The translations under genes were made by a program, and so were the position numbers. 34,409 bases of DNA from an uncultured Nitrososphaeraceae archaeon (GTDB lineage Archaea > Thermoproteota > Nitrososphaeria > Nitrososphaerales > Nitrososphaeraceae): assembly GCA_963837175.1 (NCBI GenBank), contig CAWIMJ010000002.1:1-34409 (forward strand), given 5' to 3'. This document shows positions 1 through 10,266 of this stretch, piece after piece (within the stretch, counting starts at the first letter, position 1; each line of letters begins with the position of its first letter). The notes under the pieces are model-generated. The model did no database searches. It saw nothing but the letters and a program-made list of their open reading frames with translations, and was not told the origin of the DNA.

Positions 1-99
1 GACTCTATTTTGCAACTCAGACTATAAGTACACTGAAATATTTAGAGGTAAAGGACAGTGAATAAAGTATTTCAAAGATTTTGTACTGCCAGCCATCTG

Positions 100-1629
100 T
101 TATTTTTCCATAGGCTTGGAGGTAGTAGTCGTTATTGGTGAAGTAGAATTGAGAGGACTACTTACTCCTTGGGTTTGATTGCCAGAAGTAGTACTAGTAG
201 TAGTAACAGCTGCCGCCGGTGTAACTGTTAATGGAAAGTCTGCGTATTCTCCAGTATTGTTGATGTTTCCAACCCTTGCTATGACAGAGCCGACATTCGC
301 ATCATTAAAGGTAAAAGATTGCTGTGCAGAACCATTTTGAGCTATCTTGGCTGCTCTATGTGTTATCATTGTCTCAGGGTCTTCTGCTGGCATAATCATA
401 AAATCATACTGGACATTGTCTTTCTTTTGATTTGTTTTTGGATCAAGAAATTCTAAATTAAATGTTGTAGTATTTGTAGGTTGTATGTTAGCTGGACTAT
501 AAGACATATTTATTTTGTATCTGCCGCCATCTGTTAATTTTTCCATAGACTTGGAAGTAGTAGTTGCTGTTGTTGTTGAAGTAGTGTTACTAGTAGCGAC
601 TGCCGCCGATGCTCCTGTTCCACCTGGCTGTAAAGTAAACTTCATCGATTCATTAGAAGAAGAAGATGATGCCTGTCCAGTTTTATTATTTACTTGTTCA
701 GCAATTTGAATAACTGTAGGTTTTGGTATCATAAAATGAATTACATCTTTTTGCGGATCAGTATCATCTAGCACTACATGTTTAGTCACGTCAATATCAT
801 TCACTGTACCTATATAGGATCTATTTGCAGCAAATTCTGATGGTTTTGGAACTGTGACTTCTTCGTGAACTAGTATTTTATTCTTTTCTAATCTTGTAGT
901 ATTCCAATCAAATGGCATAGTAAACTGCATCTGTCTTTTGCTTTCATCGAACTTAAAGGCATTTAATTTGTCATAATAAGAAATTATTTGAATTGGGAGT
1001 TGTTTACCTTGTATTATTATCTGTTGCTCCTCTGTGTTGCCAACACTTAACCAGCCATCATAGACAGGTTGCTTGTCATCTGGAATAAAAGTCCTATCAA
1101 AGTCGACTGTTAATATCCTCACTATAAAATGGTATAAACCGCCTTCTAGAAATACTGGCCCTTCAGCTATTACAGGACTATTTTCTGTTCCCGTGTATGC
1201 TTGCAAAATTGGATCCTGTTCGCCATAGACTGTTACTAAAGATGTATTTTTGGGTCTCATAAGTAATCTCAAATCTCCATTGTGATCATGGAACCAATCT
1301 GAAAGTAGTTTTTTACCATTTTTCTCTATTGTTATAAAATATGTTACATGTTTTAGCCCTTCTTTTGTATTTGAATCAAAGAGCTTAAACTGAATAATTG
1401 GCTTCTGGTCCTGGCTCTTCAATGTCTCTGTTGTAACCACAGGAGGTGTCATTTTGATAAGCAAATCTGCTTTTCTATTTCCAAAAGACGCCGATAGTTG
1501 TTCCATGAACAGGCCATCACCAAAAGCAGGCTTCATTGGCATAATTAATGAAAAAGACGATATGAAAATAACTGCAATAGTAGAAGCAGCTAAACCACAT
1601 AGAAGAATCAACTGTTTTTGTGACTGCAT
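100..1629 (-). CDS. Exported thaumarchaeal surface protein with Thr/Ser-rich linkers; C-terminus probably truncated or frameshifted
   Basis: N-terminal signal-like hydrophobic segment followed by AFGDGLFMEQL. The internal motif SMEKLTDGGRYKI restarts at the end as PMEK-(frameshift)-TDGWQYKI. Confidence 0.7.
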   Translation of the reverse strand: MQSQKQLILLCGLAASTIAVIFISSFSLIMPMKPAFGDGLFMEQLSASFGNRKADLLIKMTPPVVTTETLKSQDQKPIIQFKLFDSNTKEGLKHVTYFITIEKNGKKLLSDWFHDHNGDLRLLMRPKNTSLVTVYGEQDPILQAYTGTENSPVIAEGPVFLEGGLYHFIVRILTVDFDRTFIPDDKQPVYDGWLSVGNTEEQQIIIQGKQLPIQIISYYDKLNAFKFDESKRQMQFTMPFDWNTTRLEKNKILVHEEVTVPKPSEFAANRSYIGTVNDIDVTKHVVLDDTDPQKDVIHFMIPKPTVIQIAEQVNNKTGQASSSSSNESMKFTLQPGGTGASAAVATSNTTSTTTATTTSKSMEKLTDGGRYKINMSYSPANIQPTNTTTFNLEFLDPKTNQKKDNVQYDFMIMPAEDPETMITHRAAKIAQNGSAQQSFTFNDANVGSVIARVGNINNTGEYADFPLTVTPAAAVTTTSTTSGNQTQGVSSPLNSTSPITTTTSKPMEK

Positions 1630-2109
1630 ATTTGATTTATAATAGCTATCTAATGTAATAAATTTATAGAATGTATTCTTATAGATACACTTTTACTTCT
1701 AGATCCGGATGGCAATATTTCTGATTTATTCATAGCAGAGGATGCAAAGATAATAGATAGATCTATGGTTGAAACTGTAAGGCGGGTCTAAACCTCAAAT
1801 TTCAAAACAACCAAGAACAAAGAAGAACAAATTCATCATCATTAGGAGAACATCTTTGGGATATATCAGAATACGATAAAATAAGAGTTATTAAAATATA
1901 TGAGTCAAATCGTTTAATAGTAGTATTAGCACAGAGCCATACTTCTCCTGGAGAAGTTGCTGATACAGTATTGGGCTATCTATATGAGTCTGAGGAAGAG
2001 CAACCAAAAAGTTTATTTTAAAAGTGGAATTGTCTTTGTATAAGATTCTTTCTGGAATATTCTTAGAAAAACCTAGATGAAATGTGTTATGTGAACTCTT
2101 TTAAATAAT

Positions 2110-2389
2110 AAGAGTTCTTGTTACTAATACATATATGGTTGCTACTGGATTCTTAGTGTTTTATGGTTTTAAAGCAATGGATAAAGAATAAACAACATTG
2201 TAAAAGATTAGTTATAGCTGTACCTGTGGCACCACCACACAAATTTTAGATGAACTAAATCAAGTAGCAGATGAAGTAATTGTTCTATATTCTCCGTTAT
2301 CATTTAAAGCCGTTGGACAATTCTATCAAGATTTTTCTCAGATTAGTGATAACGAAGTAAAAGAAATAATGAAAAAATATAGGATATAA
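2110..2389 (+). pseudogene. Degraded phosphoribosyltransferase, C-terminal part
   Basis: Manual translation gives KRLVIAVPVAPP...LDELNQVADEVIVLYSPLSFKAVGQFYQDFSQISDNEVKEIMKK, a typical PRTase C-terminus. The upstream part is broken by stops and frameshifts. Confidence 0.75.
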
Positions 2390-2649
2390 TGTCTCAATAA
2401 AACTCCTTTGTAAGATCTATGACTAGCGTAGCAATACATACATACATGCTTCCTTGAGATCTACACGACATATTTACTTCTGTAGCTATTTCTGCTATTA
2501 TCACTTTCATTACATAAACTATTCCTTGTGAGTTTTAGGGATGTTTAGATTATTGCCGCAATCCTGCATTATCCATCCATCTTCTGAAACCTGAACTAAC
2601 TGATCTTCTTTATTATTATTCATAGAAAATTTTCATTCTATTATCGCTC

Positions 2650-2820
2650 TCATTGAGTAGTAAATCCCTCTATTCCATCTAAAACCATAGAATGATTGCT
2701 ATCTGTACAACATTTGCAATTGGCTTTCATGCAGTCTCCTGCAGTCCTGTGATTACACGACTTGCAAGTACAAACACTATCACTAAATTGTGTTGGTTTA
2801 GCATTATCATCTAAATGCAT
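2650..2820 (-). CDS. 56-aa Cys-rich putative metal-binding mini-protein (not in ORF track)
   Basis: MHLDDNAKPTQFSDSVCTCKSCNHRTAGDCMKANCKCCTDSNHSMVLDGIEGFTTQ*; 7 Cys and 3 His. Confidence 0.65.
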   Translation of the reverse strand: MHLDDNAKPTQFSDSVCTCKSCNHRTAGDCMKANCKCCTDSNHSMVLDGIEGFTTQ

Positions 2821-3063
2821 TCTTATGTACAGTTAACTCCTAAACTTCGTCAAATTTAACCTTTCTAAAATATCATAGAAACACTTACTGCTGATATTTT
2901 TTCCTTTTTTAACTTGCTCCCTAGTGATAATATACTGAAAAATGTTAAATCAAAGCAAATATATTATTAATTCCTAATCGATGTTTTTATTACAAAATAT
3001 CTGTCAACAAATTTCTTTATATGGACTTCTTATTCTTGTTGAAAGTCATCTTTAATTTAATTC

Positions 3064-3330
3064 CTATGAGATTTTAATCTCTAATTTTTCTTTTGCTGTT
3101 TTTCTGATTGTATTCATTGTCTCTTCTGAGAGTGGTGTTGATAATAATATCTTAATTCCCATTAAAGAATTTTCTGTATGTGAAATGTCCATTAATAATT
3201 GTGCCTTGCCTAGGTTAACACTTTTTTCTTCTTCCTCTTCTTTGATTTGAACTTCTTTATCTTCTTCTTTTAGTGAAGAAATTGATATGTAAATCTCCAT
3301 TCTATTTGAATTAAAACTCACTAACACCAT
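3064..3330 (-). CDS. Hypothetical protein
   Basis: 88-aa ORF with protein-like charged composition; no recognised motif. Confidence 0.45.
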   Translation of the reverse strand: MVLVSFNSNRMEIYISISSLKEEDKEVQIKEEEEEKSVNLGKAQLLMDISHTENSLMGIKILLSTPLSEETMNTIRKTAKEKLEIKIS

Positions 3331-3475
3331 TCTAATTCATGCTCTCTTTACATACATATACATTAATTTTCATATTTTAAGGATATTCCAAGGATATCAT
3401 ATAACGTTTTAATTAACAGAGAATCTGTAGAACAACTTTTAAATCTTATTTTCACGATTTTTAATGCTATAGTAT

Positions 3476-3733
3476 ATGGATAATAGCACTAAAGATACTC
3501 CTCCAATTGATTGGAAGGAGATAACTAAATCAAATAAAGGAGTAAGAACCAACGACAATCAGACATGTGGAAATGTAATTGCAGAAGATGATTACAGCAT
3601 TATCGTATCTGATGGTGTAATAAATATACATGAATTTTTGGTACCCAAATCTAAAGTATGCTACTATGATGGAAGTGAAGTTCATCTTGATGTACCATAC
3701 GATATATTATCAGCAGTTTTCGAAATAAAATAA
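3476..3733 (+). CDS. Small conserved Nitrososphaeraceae protein, PRC-barrel-like
   Basis: Pattern IDW..KGVRT.D...CG.V......I.V..G....HEF.VPK..V..YDG..V.L resembles a multicopy thaumarchaeal family. Confidence 0.65.
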   Translation: MDNSTKDTPPIDWKEITKSNKGVRTNDNQTCGNVIAEDDYSIIVSDGVINIHEFLVPKSKVCYYDGSEVHLDVPYDILSAVFEIK

Positions 3734-4260
3734 AATCAAAATAGCCTCACTGTCAGTACCAGAAGAAGAAGAAGCAGCCGTGATAGAATTAATTCATGGG
3801 TTCGGTGGGATGCAATACACTAGTGTATGTAATCCATTTTCAAATGCAACACATGTTCCTATATGGAAGTTTATCCTCTTCTTATTTGGGTTTAATATCA
3901 GCAACCTCAGATTTAGTCATCTACTTTGTTCGTAAACAGGATACTTTTTTTCGGTTTGAAATTATGCATGGTCCAAAATAATAATTGCCGATTATCCCAA
4001 TAGCTATACTAACTAACAAAAGTTCGCTTACACATTATTTACTATACAATGTGTTTATTATGCTTAAATAATACATTTTCTTGAAAGTAGAAGATATACG
4101 AACTTAAGTTAGAGAGTATAATATAATAGAGCCCATAGTGTGCAACGGTTCTTGTATGTCTATATTAACCATCTAACAACAGATATCCTTTCTTAATTAT
4201 GCATATCAATTTCTTTTAAAGTTCTATGTTGGAGCCTGTATGTGTGATTCTATTATTGAT

Positions 4261-4908
4261 TCACACTTTTGTTTCTTTTAGATTTACGTCCATTTTTTAA
4301 TACAAATATTATAGATATTACAGTGCGGCAGGCAACAATATAGCCAGAACCTTGCTTGCCAGAAGGGTTTCATTATTTTCGATAGTACCAGGTGAAGAAG
4401 GAAATGGATATAAAATACTTGGACCTGACTGATGTGGAACAAAGACATTAAATGACGCCAAAGTAGCAAAATTTTTTTCATTTATTCTGGTTACGACTTG
4501 ATGAGTACCATCATCTGGAAATATATATTTTACAGAGAAGTCACCATCAGGAGCTGTTATATTTTCAAATTTAAATAATCTTTGACCATTTGTTACTACC
4601 ACTCTTGCGGTAAAGTCTTTTAAATGATCACTTGTTGTTAAATTTTGCACACTAAATTTTAATTAAGTGAAAGTATCAATTATTGGTTTTTCTGGCTGAT
4701 ATGTAAATTGAATCTTAATGCCATCTCTATTGTTTATCCATTCTTGAGTTCTGTTTCCATAGAGATGTGCATAAGAAACATGTGGGATTATTGTAGATAC
4801 ATCTATTATGGACATAGTTGAAAATATTGTAATTGAAATAGCAATAACAATAATAATAATAATACTGTATGCTTGTGTAGAAGAAGAAGATAAAGAATCA
4901 ATTAACAT
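4261..4908 (-). pseudogene. Exported protein with C-terminal membrane anchor, interrupted
   Basis: ORFs 4663-4908 and 4318-4650 are in the same frame, split by one TAA (IDTFT*LKFSVQN). A further frameshift near 4320 leads into VISIIFVLKNGRKSKETKV*. Confidence 0.65.
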
Positions 4909-5061
4909 ATGCCAATAGCTGCAAGAGTTCTCATATAAATAAAATTGCTTGTTTACCTCACAAAATTGAGTTAACGTAATCAGTAAAAAATTGTATTGGT
5001 AATCTGATGCCTGTCTTGTCAGATGTTATTCTAACCGTAAGTCATATGCTGTTAAATTAAA

Positions 5062-6146
5062 TTAAATTATACCCTTGCGATACAGAAAGTAAGTAACCCC
5101 TGCTGCAGCTGGGATCCCAAATATAACTGCATATGTTATATAAACAAGTGTTAAATGACTTACTCTGAAAGGATTATTAGATGGATTATTAGCGCTATTA
5201 TGCTGTGATGCTAGTTTGTTTGCTGCAGCTGAGGAAATACTGGGATTGTCATATACTGTAGTATTAAATTCAGCAACAGATGATTTTGCACCTCCAATAT
5301 TTTCAATTCTAATAATTGTAGCACCAGAATTTGAAAATACATAATGCGGGACGTTCATTCCAACTTGCGCTATACTTGGAATGCGTTCAAGTTGTTTTCC
5401 ATTTTGTACCAAAACAAAATCAAATGGCAAAAGATTTGGTTTGTTGTTTGCACGATCAAAGAAGCTGACAAAGAATGATATTTCTTTACCTGTCAATAAA
5501 ACAGCAGGGTCCCAGCTTAAACTAACCTCAAATTTTCCATCAGGAGTAAAATGGTAAATTGGTAATTCGCTTATTCTTTTACCAGAAACATCAACAGGAT
5601 AGTTAGGGATGTTCTGTGCTTGTGCACCTTGAACTGTTATTACACCTTCCATCCATGGATGAACAGGTACAAAAATAAGTATACGTTCCAGGATTAGCAA
5701 ATGTGTGAGTCCATGATTGCCCTGGTTTGAAAAGAGCCGCTGTCAAATATTCCATTTGGCGTTCCTCTTTTATTGTTCATCAAGCTTTCAATTCCAGGAC
5801 TAGCACCGCTTGTAACAGTATGAGCTTCTGTATCATTGTTTTTCCAAGTGATGGTATCATTTGTATGCACTGTGATTTGCCTTGGAAGATACCATTGCAT
5901 TGGGCCTAACTTTGTAATATCGACTTCTGGGTTTGCTGAGCCTTTTGGTATTAAGACAGTAAACAATTTTCTCTCCTCAGTAGTTCCGTATACTGACTGG
6001 TAATAATAATAGTAAGTATAACTACCATTATCAGTGTCGTCGTTAATATAGAAGAACAATGGCAAGTTGGTTAAGCTTCCTGTAACAAAAATTGATAACA
6101 AGAAGAACAATAATATGGATGAGAAAAGGAAGATTTTAGCATTCAA
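5062..6146 (-). pseudogene. Membrane-anchored cupredoxin (plastocyanin/azurin-type blue copper protein), two frameshifts
   Basis: Signal peptide, W.N.D..AHTVTSG, GIFDSG, a middle frame reading FKPGQSWTHTFANPGTYTYFC, then VHPWMEGVITV (His and C-x2-H-x2-M ligands), and a C-terminal TM helix with RKG. Extra bases lie near 5735 and 5665. Confidence 0.85.
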
Positions 6147-7055
6147 ATAATTACATCACTATTATGATTTATACAATAATAATAATAATAAACATAACTG
6201 TCTATCTACTGCACTAACATTGTTGTAGAATTTGCGGTTGGATGGAAGTAGAGCATCAAACACTTCTAAAATAAAAGAAGGTATCATGCTACGTTTCCCA
6301 TAATAGAAGTTAACTTGCCGAATAAATTATCTACACGCCAGTTAGATTATTTGAGAAGTCGTCTTACAAACAACCTAAATTTTATTATAGCGTTCAAGCC
6401 GAAATTATTTATCTTCAATGGAACTCCATGCAATCAAACATGATTTAATGAAGAAATATCGGAAGGTTATGATTTCAAAGTTATTCAATATCTATTTCTT
6501 TAAATTCAAGGTGTTTCAAGTGTATTATTTGACAAGTTCTTCTCAAGGCACTATTGGGGAATAACTGATTATGATAGAAAGATTACACTACCAAGATTAA
6601 TTCGTGCAAAATATAAAAACCTACAATCAATTTGCTGATATAATTATAAACAGCCATATTTGGTGATTTTATAAAAATTACTATAATTGCAAACTACTGA
6701 TATATCAGTCAGCAATGTCGCCTTTACTATTATCATAAATTTCTTGGTATTCTTTTAGATGTTATCTTTTTGATGTTATGTTTGGGAATATCGATGATTG
6801 GTAATGATGATGTAGGATTAGAAGTAGCTTGTTATGCAATCAACTTCTTTCATATGCTTGTTTTATAAGAGATCATGCAGAAGGTAAGCCAAGCTCTGAA
6901 ACTCTTAACAAGGCTAAGGTAAAAGTAAGAGATGCACTAACTTAAGTAGAATGCCTTATTTTTAATTGAGGATCTTAATCGGTTACTTCAAAAAGTGAAG
7001 TGAAACTTATATATTTACTAAACAATTCATTAAGTTAACTGCAAGTCTTAATTTA

Positions 7056-8759
7056 TTAGGTGATAGGTAGACTAAATGAAAAGGTGGCACCTTTCTTTCC
7101 ATCTGAGTTATTTTCAGCCCATATTCTGCCACCATGGGCTTCAATAATGCTTTTTGAAATAAACAACCCTAATCCAGTACCTTTATCAGATTTTGTAGTA
7201 AACTTTGTAAATAGTCTTGGCAATATTTCAGGATGTATTCCTGCTCCACTATCTCTCACACTCACTATAACGTGATTAGAGCTACTAATAAGATAATCAC
7301 TTCCTTCCTCTTCTTCTTCTTTATTCCTACCCTTTTTTTGTGTCACTTTTACAGATATCGATATAGCTCCTTCTTTGGTGAATTTTATAGCATTATATAG
7401 TAGATTTGCAATAACTTGGTATATTCTTACTTTATCTGCTTCTACAAATATAGCCTCCCTTGGTTCTATAAATAATATTTTTAATTTATTAGAATCAGAG
7501 ATTTGCTTTTCGACATCTTTTATAACATTTAATATTTTTTTATTTATGTTGAATTTTTCTTTGTTTAGTTTTAATGACTGACTTTCTATTTTAGTAACAT
7601 CTAGTATATCTTCTGTAAGTCGTTGGAGTCTTTTTGCATTTCTGATTATAATATTAAGTAATTCAAGTTGTTCGGTATCTTTTATTTTAGCGTGAAGGAC
7701 CTCAGAGAAACCAAGTATTGGTTGGATAGGAGTTCGCAATTCATGGGCTGCCACATTAATAAATTCATCTTTCATCTTTTGTATCTCTTTTAGTCTTTCA
7801 TATTCTCTTAGTTTTTCATATTGAATACGCTCATTCCAAAGTAGTTCAAAAAATACTTTGGAGGAATCTATACCAACTTTACTGTTTGAGTATACAACAA
7901 ATCCAATAGCTTCTGAAAAGTCTTCAAATCCTGGTTCTTTAAGCTCAAATCTCATAAACCTTGAACTATCTACTATAAACAGTCCGGAATGAGAACCTTC
8001 GCTGTTTTGAATCCTAATATCAGGTGCCTTCTCTATAATTTTTCTTATTATGTGTGAATTCTCAGCTGTTGATGGACAGATAATTCTGATTGTTGCACCT
8101 TTCATTGCCCCTCTTCTTTTGGCCGATGCTTCTATCAGATAATTAATAATCCCTAATTTATCTGACCTAACTATGGCTTGGCTATTTGCAAAGAGTAATA
8201 GAGCTTCCTTCTCTATTGACTTTGCAAGATCAATAAACACATTCTTTGCTTTTTCATTATCGGTGATAATTTCATAAAATTCTGATTCTATTCCCTCTTC
8301 AATTTCTCTTATTTTTTCATTTGCAACTATTGATTTATTCCAAACATTATCAAAAATATAGTGCTGCTGTTCTATGACTTCCTTTATATTGCAATAAGTA
8401 GCTTGTAATCGTTCTTCTTGCAAACTTACAGCTCCTAAATATTCTATCTCATTTAATCCAAAGTTAGCTTCAATCTTATCTGAATGACGAACATCATCAA
8501 CTAATTTCATTAGCTCTTTACAATATTTGATATTTTCTTTTGTAATTTCAATGATATATCTTTGTCTTATGCCTTTATTTTTAGAAGCAATAATTGCCTT
8601 CCTTATTGGTTCAAATGAAAATATCAATGACGGAAATTTAGAATTTCCACAAACATCTACTCTGTGCTTTGCATTATAGAAAACATCTACTATCGTGTTT
8701 ATTACTTGAGCACTATGTAATATTTTGGTCTTATTTGCAGCGTTGTGGAAGAGCAACAT
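7056..8759 (-). CDS. Soluble sensor histidine kinase (HisKA + HATPase_c), Nitrososphaera type
   Basis: H-box AAHELRTPIQPILG, N-box NLLYNAIKF, G1 DSGAGI, G2 GTGLGL; no TM segments; no response regulator in the window. Confidence 0.95.
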   Translation of the reverse strand: MLLFHNAANKTKILHSAQVINTIVDVFYNAKHRVDVCGNSKFPSLIFSFEPIRKAIIASKNKGIRQRYIIEITKENIKYCKELMKLVDDVRHSDKIEANFGLNEIEYLGAVSLQEERLQATYCNIKEVIEQQHYIFDNVWNKSIVANEKIREIEEGIESEFYEIITDNEKAKNVFIDLAKSIEKEALLLFANSQAIVRSDKLGIINYLIEASAKRRGAMKGATIRIICPSTAENSHIIRKIIEKAPDIRIQNSEGSHSGLFIVDSSRFMRFELKEPGFEDFSEAIGFVVYSNSKVGIDSSKVFFELLWNERIQYEKLREYERLKEIQKMKDEFINVAAHELRTPIQPILGFSEVLHAKIKDTEQLELLNIIIRNAKRLQRLTEDILDVTKIESQSLKLNKEKFNINKKILNVIKDVEKQISDSNKLKILFIEPREAIFVEADKVRIYQVIANLLYNAIKFTKEGAISISVKVTQKKGRNKEEEEEGSDYLISSSNHVIVSVRDSGAGIHPEILPRLFTKFTTKSDKGTGLGLFISKSIIEAHGGRIWAENNSDGKKGATFSFSLPIT

Positions 8760-10266
8760 TTACAAATAATATTAATCTAATACTTATAGATTCATTTATA
8801 AAAAATCTCAACAATTTGCCTTTCTTTGGAAAAAAGATAAATACATTCAAAATTTAGGGATAATTATCAAATTTATATATATCAAATCTATTGGCTGTGA
8901 TAGATGTATTAATTAATAATAAGGATAAAACAATAAATGAATATCTAATTTCTGGTTTTTCTTTTTTGGATATAGTAAGCTATAATATTTAATGTCACTA
9001 AAATTGGCATTGAAGTTACAGGTCACTATAGATGATATAGAGTAATTAACCTTAATCTAAATCTGTTAGGCTTCTGGAGATATTTAGATTATATAATATT
9101 AGATGAATTGTGTTGTTTGGAAAATTAAGGGATATAGATATCATTTCTGGGATCTGGTTCATAGATATATGCCTAATTATCAACAGAAAATAGAGTGGCT
9201 GAAGATTAATGGAGCTAATTTAATCTGAAATAAATGTACAAAATTTATGATCTGGCCATGATTTGTAGATCATATTGACCTCTTCTTTCAGCTTCATTGC
9301 CTTGTTCAAATTCCCAAATCGCATAAGTATCTACACCAGTAGCTAATACTGAGTATCTTTCATTTGCATGACTAAATCTTGTAATGATCTCATTATTCCT
9401 TTTTTTGCAATTTTCCCCACACATAGAACAGTGCTTTGATTAATCCAAAGTCGACTCCCGAATCAGCACTTCCATCAACTTCACCTTTTGCTAATGATGT
9501 GACAGTTTCAAACTCATTTACTGTACTAACTTCTTTTACTTGGTCAGAAGGAGCAGGCCTTATCAACGTGAATTCGTGGGTAGCCTTCATTATCGATAGA
9601 TCTGAAGCTCAAGATGAAATGAATATTGCGAATAATATCTTGTCCGTAACTTCCTACTCCAATTTTTGTTATTACAATAAAGTAATCAAATTTATTGTCT
9701 GGAGGAGGATTTATTCTGTATGAATACAAAATGTCTTCTGTAGTACACCAGTATTTTTTTTCTTCCCACCAAATAACCATGTCCGTTTTTGCATCACGGA
9801 CATACTAGCAAGTATCAATGAGTAAATATCCATTATATCTAATCAAGATGTTATAAATTCTAAACATATATCCTTTTTAGCAAATATTTTTACTGAATTA
9901 GGATACACAGCATTAACGATGTATAAATTTCTAAACTCAATGAATTTCAAAACAACGCTATAAGGTAATAGATTAGCATAATTGGGATCTATAACTAAGG
10001 CTTTATCATGCAGTATATCTCTTATCTGACCTAAGAATGCGAATAGAATGCTTACGTCCTCATCTGTCTCAACCCTGAATGGATTATCACTGCTTATAAC
10101 AGATACTTGGACTCTACCATTGGACGAAAAAGTATAATTGAATGTCTTTTACCTATACAATATTAAAACCAGTGAAATAATCGGTAAGCTGTAAAAAGAT
10201 AACCAATAATCAGATGCAAGTCAAAGAAATCTTTATCTATTTAAAGATATTGTTTATTGTTATTTA

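Noticed and set aside
6200-6950. Coding-like fragments in a long intergenic stretch
   Set aside because: Only short broken frames with no identifiable family, repeat or RNA structure.
9240-9835. Overlapping short ORFs that may be one decayed minus-strand gene
   Set aside because: I could not reconstruct a frame or recognise a family.
9960-10050. Minus-strand TPR-like relic (DKAL.IDPNYAN)
   Set aside because: A single degenerate unit without an ORF; too weak to call.
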